From Callorhinchus milii (lineage: Eukaryota), in the NCBI RefSeq assembly GCF_018977255.1, contig NW_024704742.1:111912001-111976000 (forward strand): a stretch of 64,000 nucleotides of DNA, written 5' to 3'. Shown in pieces: positions 24,829 through 37,572 of this stretch (position 1 is its first letter; every line of letters begins with the position of its first letter). Under the pieces are notes generated by a model. That model did not search any database. It saw only the letters and a program-made list of their open reading frames with translations, and was not told where the DNA came from. The position numbers and the translations under genes were made by a program.

Positions 24829-26924
24829 ACTGGGTCCCATGGTCCTACTTATGGCAAATATTAATACTGTAATTTGGTGCTTTGCTTTAACTTGAACACT
24901 TTCTTCCAGACTTCCTGTCAGGTCGCCTGAAATTGATCTGAGACTGAGTTGACATTGTCCGTCACGTATTGCCACACATCCTGCATTGTTTACCTATTGG
25001 TGGGGAGAGAACTGATTTCCTCCACCAAAAGGGTGCTGGCATCTCTCCACTTGCATGTACACAAGCTCTTGCTGTTTCTTCTCCAAAAATCAGCTTCAGG
25101 AATTTGCTGTCGAGCCATGTTTCCCCAAATTCCACAATTTCAGTGCTAACAAAATGGCATTTGTCACAAAGGGCTTTCGCGAGTACTGGGCCCTCTTTGG
25201 ATTCAGTTAGTTATTTGTGAAAAAAATATGTTAAACAGGCTTTACACTTGGTTTTAATCAAAAATAGGAATGTCGTACCCTTGGTCTGATTATAATATTG
25301 AGCTCCAAATCGAGTATATACTGAGATTTTCAATGCTGCAGTTGTAGCTTTAGGACTAAGGCATCATATCTTGAATATCCCAGACATATAGCATCATACC
25401 CCTACAATATATGCACATCTTATCGTTTATTAATGCCTCATTTTCACTTGACATATATATAGAGGGTGCAGAATGGTTGCTTGTGTCCTGTGGTTTTTAT
25501 TTCTGTCAGTAGAACTGGATGAGTTACAGTCAGCCTCACTCTTAGTAATAAAACCATCTAGCACAGACATTCAATATTTGTTTTTAATTTCAATTTCTTG
25601 CATTTCTATGGTTTTCGAGATGATGGCCTTTAATTCTTTGTAGTTAGTTTGGAAAAATTTGGGAGCAGCAATAAATTCATCATAATTTTTCTCTTCTAAC
25701 TTATTGCAATTCTGTTCACAAATACACAGTGCTGCATTGATATACTAAAATATTGGATTTTTTTATATGATTAAAGGCTGTTATCTGCTGACTATACATG
25801 TTTCTTCCCATTCTGGGTCTTTTTGATGTTATATTGCATTTGGATAATAAAATATAAATATTTTCGAAAACGAAGACACAGAGCAGGAAATAAGGGGTAA
25901 ACAAAGCAATTTTGGCTCAATTGTTGTATTATAATTAGACTTTCATAGATACTGCCCACATCATCTTTCGGGGGTGTTGGCTGGAGGGGGGGGCGTGGGG
26001 GTGTGGTGGTGGTGGGGGGGTGGCAGAAGCAATCATTCAAATATAATGGTTGCTCACCGTGTCAAAAATATTCTGCAGAAAGGTCTCAATAAAATAAAAT
26101 CTATACACTATAAAGGTGTATACAAGGTTGCAGACGGTTGTTTTTAAACATTAAAACAAGATTACTAATGGCGTATAAAATAAAAAGTTGATTAAAAGAA
26201 AATAGTATGGGATAAGTAATACATCTAGTGTTAAGCAGTTGTTTACTCACCTAGATCAATGTCTGAATAATCCAAAACTCTTGCATAATAAGCTGCAGGG
26301 TGTGGAAATGTTACCATAGTTCAGAGGGTCAAATGCATCGCTATTGTTGCCTTCAGCTGCAGACCCCTTCCTGTAAGGCATTTTGTGATAAGCTTTGGTG
26401 ACAAAAGCCGATAATTGATGTAGGGTGCCATAGAATGTTTGGAAACAAATGTGGTCCTTATGTCTGAGTTCCCAAAGCTCCCTCTAAAGTATTTATTCTT
26501 CTGCTTTACCCCACCCCTCCCTTCACCATCATCACTGCTCTTTGTAGCAAAATAGACCTAAAGCAATTTCTTTATCCAGCACACTGGAATTCACTATGTC
26601 AATTCAGTACGACTACTGAGGATGAACTCTTATATTGTTTTTTGTTGTCAAGAGACATTTCAGACCTTCAATGAAGAACAAACACTTTTCATTATCAGCT
26701 TGTTGGCTTGTCTCAGTGCTTTACTGTGGACATCCTCTGAGTTTGGAGGTCAGGATTATGAAGGAATTCTTATTTTTTCTTGTCTCTTCCTGCTTATCCT
26801 TGCATTTTTAACACTTAAGTTGTCATGCATGAAAACACTGTTAAGCATTTTTAGTTGCACTAATTAGATATGAGTATTCATAGCGTACATTGCACTTATA
26901 CAGCATTTTTCACATAACAGAAGG

Positions 26925-27115
26925 TCTCAACGTGCTTTATGGGAAATTAGTCCAGAACTGATTTGAAGTGGGAAGAATAGAGGGAAGGTGACTAAATATA
27001 TGATTGAAAAAGTAGGTTGTTGGAAGGATTTTGAAGATGATGAGAGTAGTTGTGAAGCAAGAGTGCCACAGCATGGGAGGGACATTGTGGCTGAAAGCTT
27101 TGCCGCCAAAGGTAG
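26925..27115 (-). mobile_element. Old L2 3' fragment
   Basis: The reverse strand encodes TFGGKAFSHN...LWHS, the degenerate L2 ORF2 C-terminus. Confidence 0.55.
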
Positions 27116-27326
27116 GTCTAAGCTTTAAGGCACAACAAGATTTAGTTTATAGAACATACATGATGGAATGCCTCCACACCCACCCAGTAACTTTGTATGA
27201 AAGTACTCCTCATAGTGTGACAATCAGCAAGGTCTAACAGTCTAAGATTCAATCCTTGAGTTACGTGTCCTCAATTGGAAAGTGAAGTGAGGATAATGGG
27301 TATCCTATAATTAGCCTAGTATAGGA

Positions 27327-27375
27327 AGTATAGTATAGTATAGTATAGTATAGTATAGTATAGCCTAGTATAGTA
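27327..27375. repeat. (TAGTA)n microsatellite
   Basis: About 7 consecutive tagta units plus flanking partial units. Confidence 0.9.
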
Positions 27376-27392
27376 AAGACAGCCTTTACACT

Positions 27393-27611
27393 CCAAGGTC
27401 TCAAATTTCTCATCACCTTAGCCTTATGACCATTGTCTTTACAATTGTTCAGAATTTTTGAGAAGCTGTTTTTCTACTGAGCTTCAAAAAAATTGTGGGA
27501 AAACTGCTAGCTTCTAAATTCAGACTGAGATAAGTTTTTTATTCTCCAAATTCTGCAATATCTAAAAATTTAAGATGCTGACTGACATCATGAGGAATTT
27601 TGAGCCTGTGG
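27393..27611. mobile_element. MITE-like element related to 31250-31496
   Basis: Terminal inverted repeats ccaaggtctcaaatttctcat / atgaggaattttgagcctgtgg, with internal cagaatt...aattctg symmetry. Confidence 0.55.
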
Positions 27612-28659
27612 TTGCCATCAAGTAACCAATGGTAGAAAGTTCAAGTGTGTACGGACATTGAGTTGAATGACAGCAGGTTCGGGCTCAGATGTGAATTCTC
27701 CCCTTGATGCTCGTTGTGCAGGCTATACTTTGAAGAATGACCACCTGGGCAATGTACTGGAGTCTAGCCAGCACCTGGGAAACTCCACAGAGCCCAGCAT
27801 GAATCAGTGCCTTCAGGGGAGGAGGGGAGAAAAGAAAATCTCATTGATTTTCCTGTAAAAGCCATCNAAAAAAGGAGCTAACGTGTTGTTGAAAACATTT
27901 ATTGCAAACCAGTTCATTTTGAATGTTTATCCAAGGACAATTATACATTGTAGTGGGGCTGTTATTCTCAGTTCCTAGGTGTCATTTCTTTTTTAGCAAC
28001 TTCAAAGTGATTTTTGCACGGTTCCGCTGTGCCTGGTGCAGTTAGTCATACTGTATAATTCTACTTTGTCAACGTACGGCCAATCCCCACTTCCCCCACA
28101 GTGCGATTTCTAGACATTGTTTTGACTTGTGTGCTTGGACCTTGCATTGCATTCCATTGGTTCCCTGCAGTTTTCTCCCAATTTTCAGCTGTTACTGAAC
28201 CCTGCTAAATTGGTGTTAGCTGACTGTCTCCATTACAAGCCAACTCTAACATTGTTAATGTCACCGTTTTCACCAATCAGTCGATCCCTGCATTTAGAGT
28301 GATGTGTATTGCTGAATTCATTTAAATAACATCAATGTGGACATTTATTTCAGATTATTGAAAATTACTAAACAAACAATTTTACCGGGTCTAGCTTTGT
28401 AACAGGACATTTGTGAGTTGTTATAACCAGCCACCTTAGTGGACGAATAAATTACATTTTATGGCCAGCATATAATGTTCTATTTAAACCACCCACTTAT
28501 TTTGAAAGCAATTTCTGCGAGTTTCATACTTGGGTGGGAGGAGGTCATTATCAAAGTGGAATACCTCATGCCCATTCTCTCCTTGGGGCAGGTAGATATA
28601 ACCTTGTAAAACGCCCAAAGGACGATTGAAGTTCAAAAGTAGTCTCAAGCAAAGCCCTA

Positions 28660-29178
28660 AAAATGAATAAGAATCCATGCCTTATCACACCATTGAAAAA
28701 TCTTAAAGCACAGAATTTTACTAGGAAGTGTAGTGACTTTATTGGTAGGCAAATGTGGCAGCCAATGTGCACACAGCAGTGTTCCACAAATAGCAATGAA
28801 GGGAATGACCAGTTGAAATCATTGGAATGATAATTGGCCAGGACATCAGAAAAAAAACTCGCTTCTCTTTGTGAGTGGTGCCATTGGATCTTTATTAAAG
28901 TCCACTTGAACAGGCAGATGGGACCTTAGATTAACATCTCATCCAAAGAATGGAACCTCCAACAATAACAACAAAAACAACAACTTTTATATAACAACAA
29001 CAGCATTTATATAGGGCCCTTCACACAGGGTAGCATCCCAACCTCCAGCAATGCAACACACCCGAGCATTGCATCAGATTGTTAGACGAGGCTGTAAGTT
29101 CAAAGTCCGTCATGAGGCTTGAACCCACAACCTTCTGACTAAGAGGTGAGAGTCTTACCAACTGAGCCAGGCTGACAC
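28660..29178 (-). mobile_element. DeuSINE-type element interrupted by an L2-tail fragment (about 28966-29039)
   Basis: Deu core aacatctcatccaaag and gtccacttgaacaggcagatgg. The insert is flanked by duplicated aacctcca.caat. Confidence 0.8.
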
Positions 29179-31249
29179 AATACATATGTTTGATTGTCAC
29201 TGAGCTAATTTAGATTTGGAGAACGTGGCATGCATTTCAAATACACAAATGAATGTAAAGATTGTGGTCAAACATGAACTGTAAAAGAGCCCTGTCCCTC
29301 AAAATAACAGTAATAAAAAGGTGCACAAACTTCAATCCTGTTTGCACGTGGCAAAAATGCATAACGTTTGCAATTTGAACAACATTTTTAATTTTACATA
29401 TAAATACCTTTACTGATTTTGTCTTCCCTCTTTTACCACCTCCTACCCTTAATTTCCACTGATACATCATCTTTTTTGTGCTCTGGGAGCACGAGAAAGC
29501 ATATTTTCTTGCATCTGGGAAAGGTGTAAGGAGTAAAAATTAAGAGCATTTTTACTCCTTCCACCTCTCCCAGACACGAGAAAATATAACTTTGTGTTTC
29601 TTCACATTGCTTTCCCATAGTATTTTATTGATGTATATTTTTATCAAATTATTTTATTGTTTGTATTCTATTATTAATCTTTTATGGCACCAATAACTTT
29701 TTATAATAAAAAATATTGTAACATTGTCCTGTACACAGTCAGTAATACAGTAGTCAGACAGGTTCTGTACAACTACAGTATTCTGTATGCCTCAACCCTA
29801 TTCAGTTTAATTCCATTCCATTGAGTTACATTTTTTGTTTGATGTATTAATTGATAATCTCCCTAAATTCACAATATTCAACACAGAGCCTTAAATCTGT
29901 TCAATTTTGACAGTAAAGGAAGATTGTCACCAGCAGCCATTACAATAAATTTCAAAGCAAATCCCTTAAAATCTACCATTGTGAATTTAACATCTCTAAA
30001 ACCTATTTATTAACACCCTTTATATGAGGCATAAACAAGTGTAATTACATTTTAGTGTACATTATCAGACCATGTGCACATGCTTTAATCTGCAGAGAGT
30101 ACATATGGCCCTTTGAACATTCTGCTAAGCTGTTTTAATCAAAAGAAGTGAACTGCAGATAAAATCTCAGTATGGCCCTTCAATATAACACAATGTAATT
30201 TGACTCCATAAGTGTATCAAAATGTTCACATGTAATTATTCCCTAACTGTGTACATTGGGAGTGCAATACAGGTATTCAATGCATATTGATATTCTTGTT
30301 GGAAGTTACGCCTTGACTGCTACCACTCTGTAAATAAACTTGAGTTATTACACAGCTTTGGAGTGTCCAAACTAGTTTTAAAAAATTATACTTTTCTATT
30401 TTTTGTTCTCATCTGGTTCTAATATTTTCATTCTTCTGTACTCGGTATGACAGTTTTTAAGCAGGTTTCGGGAAGCATACTCAAATAAAACAGGTGTTCC
30501 TCAATTGCAAACTTCATCAAATAATCTGGAGCATTTGTAGTGTGTGTTGAGAATACCTGCAAATATAAAAGCCTGTCTTTATAGCAGAATATGCTATGAA
30601 GATTGTATAATTTGTATAACAGTGGCACAGAGGGTTAACCAGGTCCGAGTGGCAATCTGACACATGCATTTCTGAATCTGATCCCAAGTTATTTACTGCA
30701 AAAGGCCAAGCTTGGCTTGAGATGGCTTCAGATGGGCCAACTGCACAGCTAGGGCCAGGGCTTGCAACCCAAATTTACAACTACAAACCTTGAGTTGAAG
30801 GTTACAGATTATGTAGGACACCATGTCTGCATTGAGCTTGGCACAGAGCATTGCCCTGACAAGCAAAGCCAAGTGGGAAAAAGATGAAGAAAGTAGCTTA
30901 ATTAGAAGCAGATTTCAGAGGGAAGGAGTAGGAAGGAATAAAATTCCTTTTTTTCCAAAGATAGCAAACCAAACAAGTTTGTTTTCCTTGAATGTTCTGC
31001 TTGTTGTGTTTCTTTTTGCATTTTTACATAAGCTCTGTTAACTTTAGACTTTTTCCCTATGTTCTCTATTCCTATTGCCTGCTCCCACTGTTCTTATTAA
31101 CCAACCAATTGAACTCTTCCCTTCACCCACCCAATCTGTTCCTCAGTCTCTCATCCCAAATTTAACAATCTAAAATTTTGAAGCCTGAAGTTAATCTAAA
31201 CTCTATGTCACATAACCGCTTTTTATTGATTTATCATTTCTGTATTTTT

Positions 31250-31496
31250 GCCCTAGTCGGTATTTCCCCTAGTGTAAGCTCGCAAGACCATTTTGTGTTA
31301 AAGTTTAAGATCATGAAGAATTGTGAAAAATTCAGTCTTAATTTGGAAGCCAGTTGTTCTTAAAACAGGCCAGTTGTAGAAAATAGGCTTCCAATTAAAG
31401 ACTGAATTTAAGAATTTTCCACAATTCTGCATGATCTTAAACTTTGACAGAAAATCGTCTTGCATGCCAAGATTATGTGGAATTTTGTGTCTTCGG
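31250..31496. mobile_element. Hairpin (foldback) MITE-like element
   Basis: Imperfect inverted arms of about 70 bp, 31282-31351 versus about 31386-31463 (gcaagac.attt..gt.aaagtttaagatcatg.agaattgtg.aaaattc...agtctt..ttggaagcc). Confidence 0.75.
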
Positions 31497-33129
31497 TACA
31501 CTGTTTGCAATGTGTTAGTTCTCCAGGATACTCAATGACACTTTGATTTTACTGAGCACTGTATGGTTTATTTTCTGAATTGCTTTTGACAAATGGACCT
31601 TCCCACTTTTATGGCAGGGAGAGAGAGACAACTGTAGAGATAGTAGTTCCTTCCACCATGCTGAAGGCAGATGGGTGACTTATTGTACTGAAGAGTTTCC
31701 TATACCCATGGACCTGTATTCAGGATGGCTCAACTTCAGGAAATCGAGCAAAAATATTTGGTTCAAATAATAAAAGTTTGTGATTTTATTTTTTCTCTAA
31801 TTTCTCAATTAACGACCACCTACATCATCAGCACATCAGTGTAAGAGTGGGCAAATATATTATGTTGCTGCACCACTCCTGCCTTTCAACTGTGGCTTTT
31901 CACGTCAAATGAATTCAAAATACTTTTAGTTACTTTTATTCATTTGGATTTATGTGTGTGAAAAAAAATCTCTCAACACTCACGCAGCATCTGTGCAGCC
32001 TATTTTAGTGGCATAGTGCTGGACTACTCCATGAGATAAAACTCTCTGTTGCAACATGCTCCATCTAGAGGCCCAACTGAGATGTGCCAAACCTCAAACC
32101 TGTGACCTCTGCGGAGTAGAGCAAGCATTCTCACTACCACTACACCACAGCAATCATCAGCCTCACCTTTAATATTTTTTCCCCCCAGTATATATTTCCA
32201 TTTACTTCAGATAAATATAAAAAAGGTCCATTGCTGGAGTGAGTGGCAATTTATAGATTGATGCTTTTTTAAAATCTTACTACCAAATGAAATTATGTTT
32301 GACTCATTAGTTGTAAACTAAATCACAATTCCAGGAATACTCCTTGGATTAATTTGGCCATCTGTAGTTTTTAGTTTCTTTTTGGCATCAAAGAGGAATT
32401 ACTTATTTGAAGCCAAATTTTTACAGTGGAAAAACTGTCCCATGTCAAACCTTTCCTTTATTGTTCAATGCATGAAATAAAGGTATCGTACCAAGTAAGA
32501 CGAATTAGAAGTAAAGATATCACATAAAATAAAGGTATTGAATGCCAAATTATTGTTTGCATTATGATAGGCCACAGAAGCTATGATATATGGATAATAC
32601 CTAGTTTATTTGTAACAAGGAATGATGCTTTGGACAGTCATTTCTCTCTCCATGTTTTATTGTGGATTCCAGTATGTTTTCAGTTCACTCCACATTACCT
32701 AACATTGTTAGCTATGCACATGACCGATGGAATAAAAAAAATCCAAATTTAATGAGAGCTATTACAGGCTGAACAGTAAAAGCTTCAGTGGTATTAGTCC
32801 ACAAATGATTAGCTTCCCAGTATTCTGACAATTGTAATAATAAAGTCTTAAATCATGTGGCACGTAGTAGTCTGACTAATCTCTAAATCTTGTCAGTTGA
32901 GACTGGGATGTTTAGTCTAGTTAAGCATTTCGCAGATGCCTATTCTGAATTTCCGTTATGTAAGTGTTCAATAAAGGGGCCTTCTTTAATGGAAACGTGC
33001 TTGGCAAATGTTTGTTTTGGGTATTACAGAGAAGACCCAGAAAATAGAGCAGTGTTGTTTCATCATACTGTCATGTCAAAGTGAGGAAGAACACATACAT
33101 CGCTGTGTTCTGTGATTCAAGATATCTAG

Positions 33130-35770
33130 GACACCATTTGCCCGATCTTCCTACTCCTCTGGCTCTTTCCCCTCTTTCGAGCACCTCACCCTCTCCCACC
33201 CCTCCTTCCTCTCGCTCAAAATCCTCCACCACTACTGGCCCCCCAAAACCTCTCCCACCTTCATCTCCGATATTTCGACACTTCTTACATCTCTCTGCCT
33301 CTGCTCTGATCGCCTCGTCATCCTGGGCGACTTCAACCTGCACTTCACCCCCTCCCGCTCCATCTCCTCAGACTTCTCTTCCATGCTCTCCTCGCTCAAC
33401 CTCTCCCTCCACATCAACTCCCCCACTCACAGTCACGGCCACCTACTCGACTTGGTGATCACCCGGAGCCTCAGTGTCTCGGATGTCACTATCACCGACA
33501 AGGCCGTCTCTGATCACCACTTCATCTCCTTCACCACCTCCACCCCCCTGAAGGAGTCCTCTGAACTCCTCTCCCTCTGGCCCTCAACCCTCACTGACCC
33601 CTCTTCTCCTCTCACCCTCCTCCACAACACCCTCTCCTCCACACTCGATACTCTTGCCCCCATCACCTCCCGTACTGTCTCCTACTCTCGCTCCTCCCCC
33701 TGGTTCACCACCCACCTCCGCTCACTGAAAAGCCAGGTGCGGGCCGCTGAACGCACCTGCGTCAAATCTGGCCTAACGGTCCACCGACAAATCTGGCTGG
33801 ACCTCCTCAAAATCTACCGCTCCACTCCAGCCTCGGCCAAGTCGTCCTTCTACTCCAGGACAACCCCAGGCTACCGTTTTCTACCACATCCTGACTCCTC
33901 CGTCCCCCCCGCCACCCCGCGCAGGTCATCTCCTCCAACCTTCACTGCGAGGAGATGCTGGATTTCCTTGAATCCCAAATCAAGGGAATTCGCTCCGCGG
34001 TCACTTCCCCTCTAACATCCACCCACCCCCTCCCTCCCACACTCCGACTCCTACCCATCCTCTCCTACACACTTTCGTACCCGTTTCCCCACCCTCTGTC
34101 ACCAAACTCATCCTATCCCTGAAACCCACCACCTGCTCCCTTGAACCCATCCCCACTCCACTCCTTATCTCCCAGCTCCACCTCCTTGCCCCACATATCA
34201 CAGACATCGTCAACCTGTCCCTCTCCTCTGGCTCTGTTCCCATTCCCTTAAAAACTGCCACCATCACTCCCACCTTGAAAAAACCCTCCCTTGATGCGTC
34301 GCAGCTGTCAAGCTACCGGCCCATCTCCAACCTCCCCTTCCTGTCCAAGGTCCTGGAACGAGTTGTCACCTCCCAACTGCGCTCTTTCCTCTCCACCAAT
34401 TCATTATTCGAACCCCTTCAGTCGGGTTTCCGTGCTGCCAATAGCATAGAAACTGCCCTGGTCAAGGTCACCAATGACATCCTGACCATCTGTGACCAGG
34501 GCTCCCTCTGCCTCCTCGTCCTCCTCGACCTATCGGCAGCATTCGATACGGTCGACCACGCTATCCTCCTCCACCGCTTGTCCTCCCACCTCAACCTTCA
34601 AGGCCCTGTCCTTGAGTGGTTTAGGTCCTACCTCTCCCACCGTCTTCACTTTGTTTCCACGAATGGCTTTTCCTCCAGCCCCCGCACTGTGTCGTGCGGT
34701 GTCCCTCAGGGCTCTGTCCTCGGTCCCCTCCTCTTCACCCTCTATATGCTCCCCCTTGGTGACATCATCCGCAGACATGGGGTTAACTTCCACATGTATG
34801 CGGATGACACCCAACTCTACCTTTCCTCCTTTACCCTCAACTCCACGACCACCGATGTCCTGACAGCTGCCTGTCCGACATCGAGTCCTGGACGAGAGAC
34901 AACATTCTTCAGCTCAACGTGCGCAAAACTGAGGCCCTCCTGATTGGCTCTCGTCTGCATCAGCATCCAAGGCTGCACTCTCCACCTCTCAAAGCCAGTC
35001 AGGAACCTCGGTGTTCTGTTCGACCCTGAGCTGTCCTTTCTTCCTCATATCCGCACCACAACTGGCACCGCCTTCCATCACCTCCGGAACATCGCCAGAC
35101 TACGGCACTACCTCACCCCTCACGCTGCTGAAACTCTGGTCCACGCCTTTATCACCTCAAGGCTGGACTATGGGAACTCTCTCCTCGCCGGCCTTCCCAC
35201 CACCTCCCTCCACAAGCTGCAGGTCATTCAGAACTCTGCAGCTCGTGTACTGTCCCGCACCAGGCTTCGCGACCACATCACTCCCACCCTCGCTCGCCTC
35301 CACTGGCTCCCCATCCCCCAGAGGATCGAATTCAAGATCCTCATCCTCACCTACAAGGCCATTCACGGCCTTGCTCCCTCCTACCTCTCTGACCTACTAT
35401 CCCCCTACCTACCTGCCCGTACCCTCCGTTCCTCTGGCTCCGGTCTGCTCCATATCCCCCGTCCCAACCGCCCTACCATCAGTGGCCGGGCCTTCAGCCT
35501 CTCAGCCCCCAGGCTCTGGAACTCTATCCCCCAGTGCCTTCGCCGCCTCCTCCCTTTCCTCCTTCAAGGCCGGTCTCAAGACCTTTCTCTTTGACCGTGC
35601 CTTCAGCTCCCCTCTCGACTCTCTACCCCCTCCTCGCTCCCTCCCTTCCCTCCCCTCACCCTGACCATTTCCCCCCTGCTCGGGTCCCAACCCAACTGTA
35701 CAGCGCCTTGGGACGTCCTCCCGACGTGAAAGGCGCTCTATAAATGGAATCTTGTTGTTGTTGTTGTTGT
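33130..35770 (+). mobile_element. L2-clade LINE, 5'-truncated and frameshifted ORF2 (APE endonuclease end plus reverse transcriptase), with 3' stem-loop and (TTG)n tail
   Basis: Motifs [94 protein letters not shown]. Split across several frames. Ends GTGAAAGGCGCTCTATAAATGGAATC(TTG)n. Confidence 0.95.
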
Positions 35771-36439
35771 AAACAGAGAAAGATTTGCCAAACACTGTAG
35801 AACACTTCAAAAATTGCTTGGATTCAAGTGCTCTGGGACTCTACCTTGCATGAGGTGCACTATATAAATGCAAGTTGTTGTTATTATTTAAGTTACACTG
35901 TTAAAATCTTTTTACTGATCCACGATGTTTATGTGATGTGAGACTCTGTGCACTCGCACACTGATAACTTTGATCCTAAAATGTATAGAGAATATCAAAC
36001 TCTTTGTATGGTAACAGACATTAGAAATTCTAGCCTCGCAATATCTGCACTTATAAATTTACCCCATTCTAAACCTACACTACAGGCATTTTGCTATGGA
36101 TGAAACCAGGAATTCTGGAAACGGAAATATGAATAGAAAATGCTGGAAATGCATTGGTTTTGTTTATACTGTATATACTGGGTTGGTTCATAAAAATAAT
36201 GGTCTTAAAGGAGCCTGGGTGACAGACATAATTTCTTTGTTTGTTGTAGCTCAAACATATCTCACACGTTTTGGCCATGAAAGATTATCGTTCCCATGTT
36301 TGCATCAATCTTAGTGTCTTTCACTCAGATTAATACAATTTTGCATCCAGTTTGCAAATATCACATTTTAAACCTTCTAAAATAAGGATGTTTTAGCTAA
36401 GAATTTGCAAGTTAATATGGAGGTTTAATGTAACCCATC

Positions 36440-36535
36440 GGTTCTGATGAAAGGTCGGGTCGGAACCATTAATTTGCTCTTATGTTTCACATGCTGATGG
36501 ACCTGCTGTGTCTTTCCAGCATTTAATTTTTTTTA
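36440..36535 (+). mobile_element. Penelope-associated terminal repeat remnant with a degenerate hammerhead-like core
   Basis: gttCTGATGAaaggtc...ggaaccattaa...atgctg...gacctgctg..tttccagcattt resembles recalled shark PLE ends. Confidence 0.5.
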
Positions 36536-37439
36536 TCATGCACTGTTTTAAGGAATATGTAAATCTTTGCTGTTATCACACATGAGATGCCAGTTACATC
36601 CATACATACCCCCATGTTATTTTGAGCTGACACTCTCAGACTATTCAAGTGCCTTCTGGACTAGTTCACCCTCACTTGTTTTGGGCGTTGTTTTCACACC
36701 AAAGTAAAATGGAACGTGTACTTGTGCCTAAAGCTCCGATCCTGGGTTTGATTTGAAACTCAATGCAGTAGTGGCTTTAGATTGGGTTAAATTTGCAGTT
36801 GCAGATATTGCAAGTCTATAGTTTGTCTCTATAATCCGTCACCATTCAGAGAGACTGATTTTCCATGTTTTAGGATCAAAGCTCTCTGTTTTGCAGACAG
36901 ATTGACAGATGTTCCTGAAGCACAGAGCTCGCTGAAGCTCAGAGCCTTGTTATTAAAGTTAATGAAATATAATTTTTGTCTGACTTTTATGACTAAAAAA
37001 CAAAGTTGTGTGAGTGTCGGAGCTCTTTTTCAAGCAACACATGAAACAACTTTTTGAAATTGCAGCCAAATTAATAAGTGGAGAAGAGTTCCTTAAACTG
37101 CTTTAGAATGACTGGCTAAATTGATCACTGTGCCATATTGCTGTTCAGATTATAAACATACACTGCTACACGCATGGCATGATGTGATAGGTCACTCTTT
37201 TAATTCCCTAATTATCGCAACGGAAAAAAAGATTTTAAAAAGTATTAGACTGATCCCTCAGAAATTGTGAGTAAATACGAGTATTTCTTCTAAAAAAATA
37301 AATATTCCAAATAATCTAGAAAGCATATAGTTACTTTAAGCTGTAGTGTGGTGACTGTGCAGTGCAGTGATCTTTGGCTCCATTCGAATATCCCAGTGAC
37401 ATGCACAGGTGCAGGTGTCCCCAGTTTAATGTTCTTACT

Positions 37440-37572
37440 ACCATATATACCTTCCTCTTCAACCGTGCTTATGGTCACCTCCCTCCCCCCAGCTCAGCAT
37501 ATGGCTCCGCTACTGTTAAGCTCTGAGAGAAACTGCCCTGGGTGAAGGGCGCTATATAAATGCAAATTGTTA
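37440..37572 (+). mobile_element. L2 3' UTR/tail fragment
   Basis: accttcctcttcaaccgtgcttatggtcacc...ctactgttaagctctgag...gggcgctatataaatgcaa, homologous to the L2 ends at 40625-41100 and 54634. Confidence 0.75.

Larger units (their letters stand above)
27200..27845 (+). mobile_element. LF-SINE-like element interrupted by a (TAGTA)n repeat and a MITE
   Basis: 5' part tataattagcc...aagacagcc...ctcc. The 3' part resumes ttgccatcaagtaacc...cccagcatgaatcagtgccttcaggggaggaggggagaaaa. Confidence 0.65.
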
